Of a DNA stretch of 64,000 nucleotides, positions 1-13,273 are shown piece after piece (within the stretch, counting starts at the first letter, position 1; each line of letters begins with the position of its first letter). Under the pieces are notes generated by a model. The model saw nothing but the letters and a program-made list of their open reading frames with translations, was not told where the DNA came from and ran no database searches. The position numbers were made by a program, and so were the translations under genes. Location: contig NC_134027.1 of NCBI RefSeq assembly GCF_964204645.1, positions 17,942,560 to 18,006,559 of the forward strand. The letters are read 5' to 3'. The DNA comes from Tubulanus polymorphus. Taxonomy: Eukaryota; Animalia; Nemertea.

Positions 1-3000
1 TATTGAGTCATGTCACATGTTGATTACGACTTTAAAGCAAATATTGACACTATAGTCATAAGTTATATTACATTATTAATGTTATTTTTATTATTAAGCA
101 ATTCATGTAGTAAGAGATATGAAATATTATGCACTGTTCAATATGAAATTGTAGATATATATGATTATAAAATATGTGACTTATATCAGGGTGACAAAAA
201 CCCACTACCATGTATATTCATGATGAATCATCTTAGGCTTTTTTGATAGTTGATTGCTTTTCCTTAATTATGAGCTTTAAACAACGCTTGACCCATAGTG
301 AGAGATGAATCGCGAGGATTCTTCTTTAAAGCGACTTTGTACGCTTCGATCGCTTTCTCCGGCTACAATTAGATAATGAAACGAGGATATACGTGATGAC
401 AATACAGGGATCCTAAAGATCAGTCATACCAGTATTTTATACTTGGGGCATGGATTCTCTGAAATTCTACCAAAAACTTCATGGTGAAGATAGGTAATGC
501 GTTTCCTTGAGAAAGGACTTTAAAAAAAATATTTTCCATCCTCATTTTCGATCTAATTGTCTGTAAAAAGTCAGTTTTCTCCCATCATTCGAATTCAATC
601 CAATAGTTTTCGCTCTTTTTCATTTGTCCTTATTAAATCTCTAGAGTACCAATGTTTTTTTTATGCTGATCAAACATACACGCATGTAAATTTAGGAAAG
701 TCTATTTTAAGAATTTCGTTTCTAGTTCAAATTTTTCTTGGGGAGGAAGCCCAACCCGATTTTAATGGGTTTTGTCGCTGACATATCATTATGCAATGAT
801 TTTTTAGCAATAGAGTCAAATTTACTCGCTGGATCCACCCATGGCTCTATCTCTTACTGTTTTTACTCTGTGGAGCTCCAAAGTTACTACTGATTTTCCT
901 TTTTCTTAGTCAAAGATGGTGGGCACTCTGAGGGTTTTCCTCAAATCACACATGGGCACTGAAAGAGTTTAACAGTGATGTTTGCTTCATGCAAGTCTTT
1001 CTTTCTTAGTTTTTATTTTTTTTTCACCGACAAATAGTAGGCCTACCTATATTGTTGTAATTTGCTCGATGTTAGATTGGGATTACTTTTACCTACATAG
1101 AGGGTACTGCATCAGCGAAGCTGAAGTGGTGATGGCATTTCATTTGAATCCATTGAAACAAAAAGATTACAATTCCACAATTGTTGAAAGTCAATTTGAA
1201 GTAATATAGTTTATTTGAAATACTGGAAATATTTGTGGTGGTTCCAACTAGCCTTCTTTTGTCTAAAAAGACATTTTCGTGGATATTGTGATCTTACCAA
1301 TTCAGGATCCATTGAATACCCTTGGTTATGTCCATGGTCAGATCGTCAAGCATTTCACCATCTGAGAATTGTGTTAGGCACTAGTACCTTGTCATTCATA
1401 TTTTATTTCATAGGTTCGTATGGAGAATGTTTCTGTATTAGGAGAAGATGTGATAGTGAAAGATGAACTATATATTAATGGCGGTCGAATATTACCACAC
1501 AAGTCTATTGCTGCCTCAGTTGCTGAACCACAAATTATCATGTGAAGGACATTCCGGTGTAATTTGCTTTCATTTTCACTGCCGAATGATACAAAATTAT
1601 CTTTAGTCTGTTCTCAGGATGCTTTTGTTACGTAACTTCTTTTGGGGGCTACCCTTTAAAACTACAGAGAATCCTTTAAAACTATAAAGAAACCTTGGTC
1701 TAATAACCTCTAATCTACTTGGTTATAACAAAGCAAAAATTCCATTTTCCTAAGCCCTTGGACCAGTCCAATTTGCCAATTTACACTGATATATACTTCA
1801 GTGCTCAAAAAGCTAGTTCATATCAACATTGTTGGCCTTTTGAGCTAGAAATTCCAACAGAGATTGAATAGTATCTAGAAAAAAAATTATTCATGCAATG
1901 CTCTTAAGGAGGTTTATTGCCAATTTTGAATTGGTGTTGCTAGTCCGTGTACTTTCTAAAGCCTATGAAGTTTCATTGAAATACATCTATTAATTAAGAT
2001 GATATCATAATTTTGAAGGAAGAGCCACCTTGGGCCATCACATTGACTAAAATTGTACAATAATTTTTCATTGGCTAGTGTGTTTATATAAATTGTTCTA
2101 AAATGAATTATTAACATAGATAAACAGCAATTTATTCTGGATATTTATTCAGTAGAACTTCTTTTGATATGACGGTACATTTATTTGGATAATGCAAAGT
2201 TTGCTATTGATAAAGGTCACATGCACTATGCTTAGGGGTGTTACGCTCTGCTGATGAGGTGGTACAAAATCTTGAAACATAGGTGAAAGCTTAAAACATA
2301 AACAATCCAAAACCTATAAATTTATTTATTTACTATGTATTTTCTTTTATATGAAATAAATTATTTACAAATAATTTATGAAATATCAGACTTGCCCTTA
2401 TGATTGCTGCTAATGACTTCATTTTAAACTCAGGAATTATCAAAGGTCTCGATCTGGCAAGTATTACAATTTGGTTACGTTGTGTACACATCAGTTGATT
2501 CAAGTTGATCAGTTAATTCATCACCAGGGACGGTTGAGAACTAATTCATGTGACAGGAGGAACGTGGTTTTGATGTATCACAGGGTGGGTTCAGATATTA
2601 AAGGTCAAGTGCCCTCTAAATAGAATATTGAGAAAAACCAATTTTTACGTTCATGACGTAGTCATGAAGGTTATAAGATGGTAGTGAGTCGATGACGTCA
2701 TTTTCGTGTCCCCACTTATAACTTGTTGGTGGGAGTTCAGAGGAAGATTTGTCAAACGAATAAATACTCTAATCTTATTAATGTAGAGTGTCAAATTTCG
2801 CTTTTTAAAAATATTTCCCTAAATTATTAGAAAATGCCGATAGAAAGACCGTGGGAAAGATTTTATCGTTGAATGGGCGAATCACGGCAGAGTGCACCTG
2901 TGATAAGGCGGAAATAGTTCCATGTGAAGGCAAAGCTTTTAAATGATTAGACAGTCTGAGGTGGTTTATCAACTTTTTTCAACTATAGTTCTGCTATTTT

Positions 3001-3416
3001 CCCAATCAAATTGCTAGATTTCGATCGTTTCTCATAAGTCAACACTTTTCAAGTGTGATTTTGATGTATGTAGAGATACATCGTGACTAGTGTACTGAAT
3101 GGCGGCGCCATGTTTGAGCTGCGCGTCGATCGGTGAATAGTGGAATTACAGGGTGGAATTATCTTGATTGTATCCATACGAAGTTTATTAAAGGTTAGTG
3201 TCAACAAATGGTCCATTACAGCCCCTCTTATTTATGTGGAGAGACACTCTTAACCAGCAAAACCCTGGTCTGTTTCGTGTTATCGTTGGCCTACGTGACT
3301 GACCTTGCTCGAGCATTCGCTGCCGGCGCGCCGCTTCAAAGTCCTGGAATTGAATTGAATTCGACACAGTAATTCGCCTGTAATTTGCAGTGAAACTTTT
3401 TGAAAGTTAGCTTGAA

Positions 3417-4512
3417 CAGGGTGACCACGAATCTGGAAAACAGGGAAAACACAGAGAAATGATTTTTCTCAGGGAAAACACAGGGAAATTACTTTTGTCT
3501 CGCACGCGCGTTTTCACCGCGAATGTTTACAATTGTCTACCTGATTATATATCAAGGATCATATGGGAAGTAATACTTTAAGAATATTAAGTCACACATA
3601 TTTTACGAATATTAAGTCCCCTATAAGTCGTGCGGTATTATTATTTACCGGGTACATGTAATTAGAACATATTAAATGTTACTTTTTATAAATGATGTGG
3701 TTTGACATTTATAATTCATTGAATAAATTGTAATATGAACTTTGAAATCTCATATCAAGCTGTGTTCAATTTTTAGCTCCGCTGTGACCGAAGGTTGCAG
3801 AGCTGGTGGGTTAGGGGGTCTCCGTCGTCGTCCGTCTGTCCGTCCGTCAACTTTTAAACATTTCGATTCTTGTCTCTCAGTTTTCATCCGATTTGGATGA
3901 AATTTGGTACCAATGATCTAAGAACAAGGGTCTACATAGGCCTATCTATGGAGCCGTTTTTTGAAAATTTGCATAAATTATGCTAATTAGGGCGACCAAC
4001 TTGAAAAAACTAAAATTGCTATTCCTCCCAAATTCTACAGGACAAGGCCTACAAAGTTATAGAGCCATTTTTTGAATTTTCTATAAATTATGCACATTAG
4101 GGCAGCCATCTTGAAAAAACTAAAATCGCTACTCCTCCCACAGTTTTTATTGGATCTTGACTAAACTTGGTATGACTGATCTACAGGCCAATACCTACAA
4201 AGCTATAGAGCCATTTTGCATAAATTATGCAAATTAGGGTGGCCATCTTGAAAAAACTAAAATTGCTACTCCTGCCACAGTTTGCAGATCTTGACAAAAC
4301 TTGGTGTGAGTGATCTATATAATAGGCCAAGGCCTACAAAGTTATAGCGCCACTTTCTAACAAATTTGTAAAATCACAGCGAAGCTACATCAGACGATAG
4401 GCTGCAATTTTATATTTGTCATGGTCTCCATATGACGCCCAGCACAGGGAAAATCAACTTTTCACAGGGAAAACACAGGGAATTGGCAAGTGGGTGGTTT
4501 GTGGTCACCCTG
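3417..4512. mobile_element. Non-autonomous DNA transposon, 5-bp TSD (hAT5-like)
   Basis: TIRs CAGGGTGACCAC (3417) / GTGGTCACCCTG (4512); TTGAA on both flanks (3412-3416, 4513-4517); subterminal CAGGGAAAA repeats at both ends. Confidence 0.75.
3772..4412 (+). mobile_element. Helentron-associated (HINE/DINE-like) element nested in the hAT5-like element
   Basis: Starts in a T-tract; subterminal IR AGCTCCGCTGTGA / TCACAGCGAAGCT; (CGTC)n microsatellite; about three internal repeats containing GCATAAATTATGC..TTAGGG..CTTGAAAAAACTAAAAT. Confidence 0.55.
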
Positions 4513-4766
4513 TTGAAGATTGGGTCTGGCAGGATGTCCACCCTTATTGTAAATAAATGTCATTGGTGATCAAATCTGGCTGCCATTGGGTTGGCCATCT
4601 TGAATTTCTTGTTTGCCGATGCAGCCTGCAATTCTTAGTGGATTTCCACAAAATTTGGTGTGAGGATCAGAGAAAGTAAGCTGTCCATGCCTTTTGTATA
4701 TGGAGGTCATCGGCTTTCAAATGTGGCCGTCAGGTCAGCCATCTTTAATTTCTAGCACGAAACGGC

Positions 4767-4975
4767 CACAGGGGTTTGGCGATGGGCTTGTATTTTATTT
4801 CCGGGTTGTTCATAATCTAGCGAGAATGGCGCTAAATATGAACTGCGAATAAATTCAAAATACCACGGAAATACCTTGTGTTTATATTGTGTATTTATCC
4901 GCTATAAAGTTTCGATAAACAATTGGTCGTTAAGAATCATTATCAGACGGTCGTCACGGTCGCCAAACCCCTGTG
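4767..4975. mobile_element. 209-bp MITE with 8-bp TSD (P-element-like termini)
   Basis: TIR CACAGGGGTTTGGCGA / TCGCCAAACCCCTGTG; GAAACGGC at 4759-4766 and 4976-4983. Confidence 0.8.
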
Positions 4976-5595
4976 GAAACGGCCTTCACTTCTTGCTGCA
5001 TTTTCATGATACTAGGTATAATTTTTTTGGTAGGTGAAATGCCTACCCCTTATTGAAAATTGAGTTCAAGTATGGCCACCAGGGTTGCCATCCATTTTGG
5101 ATTTCTTTTCAGCATGATGCCTACACCAATTCTTGATGCATTTTTTCATGTAGTGTGATCTTTGGGGCAGCTAAAATGGGCTTGTCTTTTCATGTAGGCC
5201 TAAGGATATATTAACAGAAAATGAACATTATCGCCACATAGCCTATACCATCTTAACTATTTTAAAACTCATTATCAGATGGTCGTCACGGTCGCCAAAC
5301 CCCTGTGGAAATGGCCTTCACTTCTTGATGCATTTTCGTGATACTAGGTGTAAGAATTTTGGTAGGTGAAATGCCTACCCCTTATTGAAAATTGAGTATG
5401 GCCACCAGGGTTGCCATCCATTTTGGATTTCTTTTCAGCATGATGCCTACACCAATTCTCGATGCATTTTTTAATGTAGTGTGATCTTTGGGGCAGCTAA
5501 AATGGGCTTGTCTTTTCATGTAGGCCTAAGGATATATTAACAGAATATGAACATTATCGCCACATAGCCTATACCATCTTAACTATTTTAAAACT
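4937..5595 (+). repeat. Tandem duplication, two units of ~330 bp
   Basis: 4937-5268 is repeated nearly identically at 5269-5595 and includes the right TIR of the MITE. Confidence 0.9.
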
Positions 5596-5789
5596 TGTTA
5601 CATCGGTACAATGTAAATCTTTTTGTTATACTTTGAATACTGAATCATTCTACTTCTACTGCGTCATGAAGGTACAAGGCCCATGGGCCTCTTGTTTAAA
5701 TGTATGTTAATAATTTTGATTTTGGTAAAGCCATTACTGAGAATAAAGACTTCAAAGTCGGCTATTTTCACCAGCTTGCCGTACACAAC

Positions 5790-8450
5790 ATGTACAACTG
5801 ATGAACATTTTGGCGAATATACGTGTCACCAGTGGAATGGTAGTAGCACAGTTGACTTTGCAATTGCTGATTACGACATTTATCGAAATATCAAGTATTT
5901 ACATGTACATAAGGATTTTTCGGAATTGTCAGATCACTGTGCGATAGGATTGGGTTTAGAATACTGGGTTTATATCCTATACAATATCAGGACAGTTATG
6001 ATTCTAGTCTGCCCTCAATGCGATTAGATAATATGCAGTTCTCACCCCATGTCACACGAAATGGTAATTGCATGTCTTAAAGGGTAACTGACACTTTTTA
6101 AGATTTTCTACTTTTTGCACTCCTAAACGATATATTATAGTATACAATGATGCTAAATGATTTCGTCATTGGAAAAATCTTTTCAATCTAGTCAGAATTG
6201 ATGATTTTGATGTTCGCGCACCTGTTCAGTGTATACATTGCTTCTGCTGAACGCGTGGTACTGTGTCTATTAATAGAACTACGTCACTAAAGTGACGGCT
6301 CGGAAATGATGTCTATAGAAATGAATAGGAAATAAGCTACAAGAGCAATTCAACTTAATTTTATACCTATTTGGCATTCGAATTGAGACAAAATGCCTCT
6401 TGATTTTGAAAGTCTACATCTCAATGATTATAATTAGCTGTTGAACGGACCATATCCGTTCAAACTAAGCGCAAAAATAGGCCATCCATGGCATTTTCTA
6501 GTAGACAGCTAGGAACACGGATGTTTAAATCATCGTTTTGTATTATCATTTAGTGATAGTAAGATCGTGGTTAGATCTAAGAATATTTTGACTTATGAAC
6601 TGATGAATCTTTGACAGAATTAGCCGCAAGAACAATTTCAATTCATTTCTTGAAATATACCTCGTATTGGTAGCGGCTTTGGTCACAAAATTAGAATATT
6701 TCCTCATCCATCCTATTTTAAAACTTAGAAATAATGTTTGTGAAAGATTTGTGATGTAATCTATCAAAACTCTTCTGCAGCGTGAAACTTTAATCGAAAA
6801 ACATTATTCCTTTGAATATTTGTTGTAAAGGCTGTAGAAATTTATTGAAAGTTTTTGTAGAGTTTTGAAGTGTTTGTTTTCAAACTACTTAGTCTTAAAT
6901 GACTTTGAAAAATAGTAAATAGTAAACGAATATGAATCTATTTATTCTTTAGCGAGATCGAAAACTGTGAATGCTTTTAAGACACTGTATAGTATGCTTG
7001 TGGTGCTGAACTATGGAGCAGCAGTAACAGTGCTGAGAGCTTAGCATAGTGTACTGATTGAAATCTGCATCTTCAATTTGATCGATTTAGTCTATTCAAA
7101 TTACTCATTGATTCTTTGAAATAGGTTTATGCAATAGACAATAGATCCTTTTACCTCCCTGGCCAGTTTCAAAGCTGTCAAACAATCTGGCATTGAGATA
7201 AAACAGAAAATACACGCAGTTTCCTCAAAATTCAACGCATTTCTATAGATGCTATTTCGCAGCTCTGCCTTTAATGACGTTACAGCGCGCACCTGCTGAT
7301 TTAGCCGACGCTGAACAGTAAGCGATGTAAACAACGAAATGAGGTCAAAGATCTTGTTACAAAATCACAAATTGCGTGTAAACTAAACATTTTGGAACAG
7401 AACGGTTGAAGATGAGTGTATAGATCAATAGAATACATCATATTTTGAAATAGAAAAAAATGTCAGTTACCCTTTAATGAACTAGGATTACTGAAAGAGT
7501 TGGAGAACTTTTGTAGTAACCCTTTGTGGAACGCAGTGAACCACTCAAATAACAACATAGTTAATGCTGTAAATAATTTTGTGAATATACTCAAATCTGG
7601 TTGTAAGAAAGTCTCACGGGGAAAGGAAGTAGATGAAAGAAAGTTTTGTTTGACAAAGAATTTTTTTTAGCCCGAAGAAACTGAGAAAGACTGGTAGATT
7701 CTTCGACAAAGTGCCCACGCCTTCGAATGGAAATAGTTTTTTTCTAGCAAAAAAAGAATACAGAAAATTGCTATAATCAAAAAGATATACGTATCGCCAG
7801 ACGAATCTCAATAAACTTTGGGGGTCATGTAGCTCCTCTAGGGAATACTGGAAAATAGTCAAGAATTGAAGTCGTGATGAGAGAATGGATCTACCTCACA
7901 AGATAACTAATCCTGATAGGTTCATCGATCACTTTTGTAAACTAAGCCAAGCTAGAACAAGTCAACTGATGAAGCTAATGTGAATGATTTAACGCCAGGT
8001 ACCCCGAATATCTTTACTGAACTGGACTTCCCAATTTCTAAGGATGGGGTAGAATGTGCTTTGACTGCCCTGAAGAATGGCAAGTCACCTGTTTTGGATG
8101 GGATCGCGTACGACTTTTTGAAATATGGAAAACAGTTCTTACTGGAACCCCTAGTTAATTATTCAACTTTGTATACTCAAGTGGCCGCTTTCCAGATTGA
8201 TGGGCAAAGGGTCTTGTGGTTCCTTTACATAAAAAGGGGATATTAATAACCCAGACAACTACAGGGGCATCACCGTGAGTAGTAGTCTAGGTAAACTATT
8301 CAACCTAATTTTAAATAAGCGACTACTCAGAGCCATGCCGAGATGTAGAACTATGGATCATCTATTTACATTGAAAAGGCTTATCGATAAAAAAAACTGT
8401 CAGCTAATATGAATTTGTACACTTGCTTTATAGACCTTTAATAAGCATTT
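5790..8450 (+). pseudogene. Degraded LINE ORF2 (APE endonuclease C-terminus and reverse transcriptase N-terminus)
   Basis: GEYTC..NGSSTVDF..LSDHC at ~5810-5945; LKNGKSPVLDGI, VVPLHKKG, PDNYRGI, DHLFTLK, CFIDL.KAF at 8070-8450; frameshifted; split by the 6081-7473 insertion and cut at 8450. Confidence 0.8.
6081..7473. mobile_element. Non-autonomous Kolobok-like DNA transposon
   Basis: TTAA on both flanks (6077-6080, 7474-7477); TIR AGGGTAACTGACA / TGTCAGTTACCCT; purine-purine start fits Kolobok rather than piggyBac. Confidence 0.75.
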
Positions 8451-8451
8451 G

Positions 8452-8602
8452 AGTAATTCGTAATGTCTTGTTTCAAGCCAAAGGTCGAGAGGTCGAGCTC
8501 ATAAAAAAATGAAAATAAATTCTTGCACGCTCGAATTTATTTTCATTTTTCTACTCACTCGCCACTCAACCTTTGACTTGAAACAAGACATGAACAATTA
8601 CT
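8452..8602. repeat. 151-bp imperfect palindrome with AGTAATT..AATTACT ends
   Basis: Arms ATGTCTTGTTTCAAG.CAAAGGT..AAAAATGAAAATAAATTC and their reverse complement around a 10-nt loop. Confidence 0.9.
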
Positions 8603-8674
8603 CTAATAATATAAATGAATATTTTACATATGAATAACTTTTAAAATCAATTTTGATAAAAATTTGATATTAAA

Positions 8675-8920
8675 ATGGAAGCAAATAAGAACTACTGTCC
8701 ATCAGAACAACCACAAACCAACGATATTACAAATAATACTGGGGTTGTAAATATTTACTACAAGAAATGTTCAAAATGTGAATTGAATAAACAACTCTCG
8801 GAATATTATGATTATAAAACTCAGAAAGATGGTAAGCAAAGGTATTGTAGAACTTGTGTTAAAGAAATGAATAAGCAATACCGAGCAAATAAACCAGAGT
8901 ATCAAAAGCAATGGAGATAA
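8675..8920 (+). CDS. Small Zn-ribbon protein (CxxC..KDG..CxxC), Polinton-related MEANK leader
   Basis: KKCSKC..KDGKQRYCRTC resembles the Zn-binding N-terminus of HNH/EndoVII-type proteins; upstream region and MEANK start shared with ORFs at 18538 and 24217. Confidence 0.55.
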   Translation: MEANKNYCPSEQPQTNDITNNTGVVNIYYKKCSKCELNKQLSEYYDYKTQKDGKQRYCRTCVKEMNKQYRANKPEYQKQWR

Positions 8921-8942
8921 AATCACCCAGATTATATGAGTA

Positions 8943-9024
8943 ATAGGGAAAGTATTGTTTCATACCAAAGGTTGGGTCGAGCACACTCTCCCCAACCTTT
9001 AGCTTGAAACAACACTTTCCCTAT
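8943..9024. repeat. 82-bp imperfect palindrome related to the 8452 hairpin
   Basis: ATAGGGAAAGT.TTGTTTCA..CAAAGGTTGGG / CCCAACCTTT..TGAAACAA.ACTTTCCCTAT. Confidence 0.9.
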
Positions 9025-9238
9025 AACTTTTCAGTACTTTAATATTTAAATCAGTGAATATTTATATTTATATGTGTTAAATTCTTGATTTTAACATAAA
9101 AGTGACGAGTAATGGGGAGTCGGCGTACTATTCCGCACCGCGGCGCTACTAAGCAACTCGGTTATAGCGCGCTTGGCAGTATGCGCTTGCAGTGGCGGTT
9201 GTTATACAAAATCGATTCGCGATGGCCTGTTTAAACTC

Positions 9239-9333
9239 ATGGATTGCGCGGATTTAACGCTTGCTCAGTTGAAAGAGGAGCTTCGATTTCGGGGTGTTAT
9301 AGTGTCTGGGAGAAAAAAGGAGCTGATCGAAAG
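9239..9333 (+). pseudogene. SAP-domain first exon (ISL2EU second gene)
   Basis: LTLAQLKEELRFRGVIVSGRKKELIER is a canonical SAP motif; GT donor at 9334. Confidence 0.75.
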
Positions 9334-10093
9334 GTATTTGTTCGAATTTTTGCTTTAAATCGCGAGAACAGAATACACTGTCGTGTCGGTAAAAAAGTGC
9401 AGATCCGCACCTCTCCGGGTGGTTCGCTACCGGGCGTATTTCAGATTCAAATGTCATCAGCAATTCAGTACATTGGTTATTTAAGATATCTTCACTAGAA
9501 AGTAGATTTTTAGCCTGGATTCTGTCATTCAGTAAATTGCGTCAATCACGAGAGGTGCCGATCTGGCACTTAAACCTGACACGCTTTCTCGTCTCCGGGT
9601 TCCGGGTTTTTTTTATCGGTATCGGTTTTTAACATCGGTATAAAATTCGCCATAAATAAGACGTACTATAGCCTACGATTAATATTGCCCGTTTTGTTAA
9701 ATGATGTCTGTGAACTATTCTGTAACTGCTGAAAAGGTTAATTTATGAGTTTACTGGCTACATCTAGTCGGTAATTAAATCTCTTAGCCAGTAGCTACTA
9801 GTAGCCTAGCTGTTTATAAAACATTTAAAATGGACGTGGAATATCGATTTTTAACAACGGTGAATGTTAACAACTACATAATAGAGATACTTATTTCCTT
9901 ATAACTTTCGTCTTTCAGATTAGAGTAGTATCGAAGAAATAAGGCATCAAGCAGTAATGAGCCAGTAATGGAATTAGTACTCTCTGCCATCCATTGATGA
10001 TAAAGACATCAAGACCGTGGTCAAAGAAACTTTCACATCCTGCACATATCGGTCGAGAGGAATGGATGATAAAGCGCAAACAGTTGCTGCTGC

Positions 10094-10203
10094 GGACCCA
10101 GTTTCACAGTTGTGAGTTTGATTTAACTCTGAGTTAAAGATCTCATTTTCAATGAGTTAACTCAAGAGTTAAATCTTGATTCGGAACTGTACAACTGGAC
10201 CCA
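10094..10203. mobile_element. Short palindromic MITE
   Basis: CCAGTT.CACAGTT..GATTTAACTCT / AGAGTTAAATC..AACTGT.CAACTGG inverted arms. Confidence 0.5.
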
Positions 10204-11689
10204 GGCCTATGAAGCCGAACAACAAAGGAAGAAGGCCCTTGACCAAGTTGCAGCCAATGAAACGATCACTGATTTGGACGATCAAAAGCAAATTGAAGAT
10301 AAATATTGATACACCGGTCACAATCCTCTCTTTAATCGTTATCTATAAAATACTTGAGTAAGGCCCTGGCGAGAAAACGTGTCCGTGCACAAATCCGAAT
10401 GAATAAATTGAAATACCGGATGATAATCTTGAAGATAATATATTTTATTTACCTTGAACAGAGAATGATTTTCCTAATCCCTATTGTATATGAATCCCTA
10501 TCGTTCCGAAGCTTCTCCTGTCCTGCTGTCGACACTCGTCTTACTAAGGTACCGATTCTCCCCTCTCTCTCGATAGCGGCCCCCTTTTGTAGAAAGAACC
10601 GGCATTCTCAGAATTCCGATTCTCCCACGCAGGGTCTTCCGCTTTTTGGCAAGGAGCAGCTACCCAACTGTCATGACCGTTTTTAGTTACGGAAAATTTA
10701 GCCCTACTGTTTTGCTGATCTAAAGGTTTTTTAGAAACTGATTTGCTGATATAAACTTCCAACCCTCCTGTCATGACGCGTTGTGAATTACTCACTCCTT
10801 GCTAGTCGTTGTCGAGAGAGCAGCTATTGTCTGTGAATTACCAACGAGCGCATACAGACAACAGAAACTTCAGACAGCTAGTTTTAACATTTAACACAAA
10901 TTAATTTTTCTAAAACATTAGCGATTATAAACAACTTGTTCTTAAACAACATCTAGATTACTCAAATTAAATATCTTTTCAAAACTTTGTTTTCTTTTCT
11001 AATTACAGTACAAATTCATTGTTTCTTTTTTAATTATTATAAATGACTACGATTCGGAATACATTGTGATTGATTATCAATTCTTAAATTATTTGAAATA
11101 CTTATACTAATTATTTTATCTACAATTTAACTAATTCTATTTTAATACAGGATAAGCAAAACAACCACATCTTCCTAAACTTGCGGTTTTTCCTTTTACG
11201 GAAAGTAGCCGGGAATATCATCAAGTATCAGCGTGATCCCTTCACGAGCCTCATTATAAATACACTCCATTGTTCCGACCCAACCAAATATGGTTCCAAC
11301 TATTTAAAAGTTTTATATAAAGATTTTCTGAATGTTTGCCAGATCTCACAGCAGAAGAACCGAGAAAGAATTGTTGTTTATAGACTGATTTATGGTTTGC
11401 GTTGGTAGATGAAAGCATCAAACAAGAACTTTCGTAATTCTTACTACTAGTACGTTCTTGTCTGACGGCTTTAACGTAACCCCTACGCATACGGAAACAA
11501 CATTAAGAACATTTCTAAATACTACGAAACATTTTCAAATACTACGAAAATCTAGCTGTGGATCAATATTGATAAGTTTATGGTGACTTTCAAAATGAAA
11601 CTGTACAGTAAACAAAACAGCTTTTGTAAAATATTGAAAGCAAAAAAAATTGTTACCGATTTTAACTTATTTTTCAAACTTTTTTTCAG

Positions 11690-12000
11690 ATACTTATTCT
11701 GGCGAAATTGAAATGACTCCAGTTCGATATTCCGTTAGTTAGGGTGTCCAGTGGTGTGAACTTCTTGCTGACTGTACCCCATTGGACCGCTATGGAAAAA
11801 CAGATGAGAATATTCATTTCTACACAGGATTAGAGTCGCGCAAGAAGTTTTTCTTTGTTTTACATGCACTTGAACCACATTGAGAATCATTGGACTTGCT
11901 AAAACTTTCAAGATCTTAACACATCCAATGAACTATACGAAAACAGTGATGGCTGGAAGCATAATCAGAAAATAATTTGTTTCTATTTCTGTAATTTCAA
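11690..12000 (+). pseudogene. Internally deleted remnant of a second ISL2EU transposase
   Basis: After acceptor TTTTTCAG: PLDRYGKTDENIHFYTGLESRKKFFFVL (paralogue of the 13100-13200 minus-strand sequence), fused to C-terminal RIIGLAKTFKIL. Confidence 0.65.
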
Positions 12001-12008
12001 ATTACTTG

Positions 12009-12660
12009 TTATTGTTTCACGAGATGCATAGACAGAATAAAGACGTATTTCAGCAATGCATTTACATATATTTTGAATAATTTCTGAAGAAGTACCTCTC
12101 CAGCACAGCATCTTTGAAATATACATCGAAAAAAAAAATCTAATTTTTGGAACATCTGATCCTGAAAGTCTTTGTCGTTTATAACTTTTATCACTTTCAT
12201 GTCCTTAAATATATAAATAATGAAATAACACGTTGTTGCATTTGTGCAAAATAACTCTCCTTGAACTTGGTAATAGTAGGGAATATCTTTCTTCAGTTCG
12301 AGAGAGCCATTTTCATTTATCAAATACGCTAGAGTTAACTCGTTAATAGTTTGATTGCGTGCGGCATAAGGACACTTAACTTCAATCAATGTATCAGAGT
12401 CAATCGTACCATCAGGAGATGCAGCTAAATACGGCCTGTCCTTTGAAATATACAATCCACATTTGTTAACTTTAACGCCAAACACTGACTCAAACTTTGT
12501 GATAGCTGTTGGTTCGTATTTTCTCCCATGTACGATGGATGAAACGCTGAGTTCTGGCTGCGGGGAACATAAATCAGATGCTAGTTTTTTTAAATCAGTG
12601 GCAGCAGTGGCTTTACATATTCTTCCAAATGAGGATGCTGTCATGCGTTTCAGTCTCTAT
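12009..12660 (-). pseudogene. YqaJ/lambda-exonuclease domain (ISL2EU-associated), 5'-truncated
   Basis: TASSFG, HGRKYE, YLAASPDG, IEVKCPY, YYYQVQG motifs. Confidence 0.88.
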
Positions 12661-12669
12661 GCTGATGAC

Positions 12670-13273
12670 ACATAAGTTACAGCACCAGCAGGACCTAACT
12701 CCTACTACCACCTTCATAGTATTTCTATTCTTGTATGTGGAGTAAGTCGACTGCTGTACCAAAGGGTGCTTTGGTTTTTTATAGGACATTCGGTGCCATC
12801 AAGAACATTTCGCGTACTCGGATATTTGATAGCAAAATCGGTTGGCATGTAAAACTGAACTAACTTCTTTTCCGGCCACCAATTGATTTCATCCAGTTCA
12901 TTGGCAATAAAATTAATCCATGTTATGCAAATGTTCCGCACAATTTTTTCAGATATATTGAACATTTGAGAAAGTTCATAGTCACATCTATATAGCCTTA
13001 ATTTAATGAGACACAAAAAAAATTGTTCCTCGACAGATATAATCGGTGTTATTCCCTGATAGTAGTTCAACTGGTAAGCTGCAGGTCCTAGCACGTTGAG
13101 CACAAAATAAAATTTCTTTCGTGATTCCAACCCAGTGTAGTAGTGAAAACAGTCATCATTTTTCCCGTAATGGTCCAAGGGTGAGTAAACCGAAACAATT
13201 TCACACTGTACTCCAATACTTGTGATCGCAGGTGCAGAATCAGACAAATCTTCACACACAGTAACGGGAAGAT
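12670..13273 (-). pseudogene. ISL2EU/Harbinger-type transposase (HTH_Tnp_4 and start of DDE_Tnp_4), truncated
   Basis: YYTGL, EEQFFLCLIKLR, WINF, WP..MP.DF..KYP..R.VLDGTE.PI; splice acceptor near 13274. Confidence 0.85.

Noticed and set aside
1-3400. Short ORFs as host genes
   Set aside because: No recognisable domains or coherent exon structure
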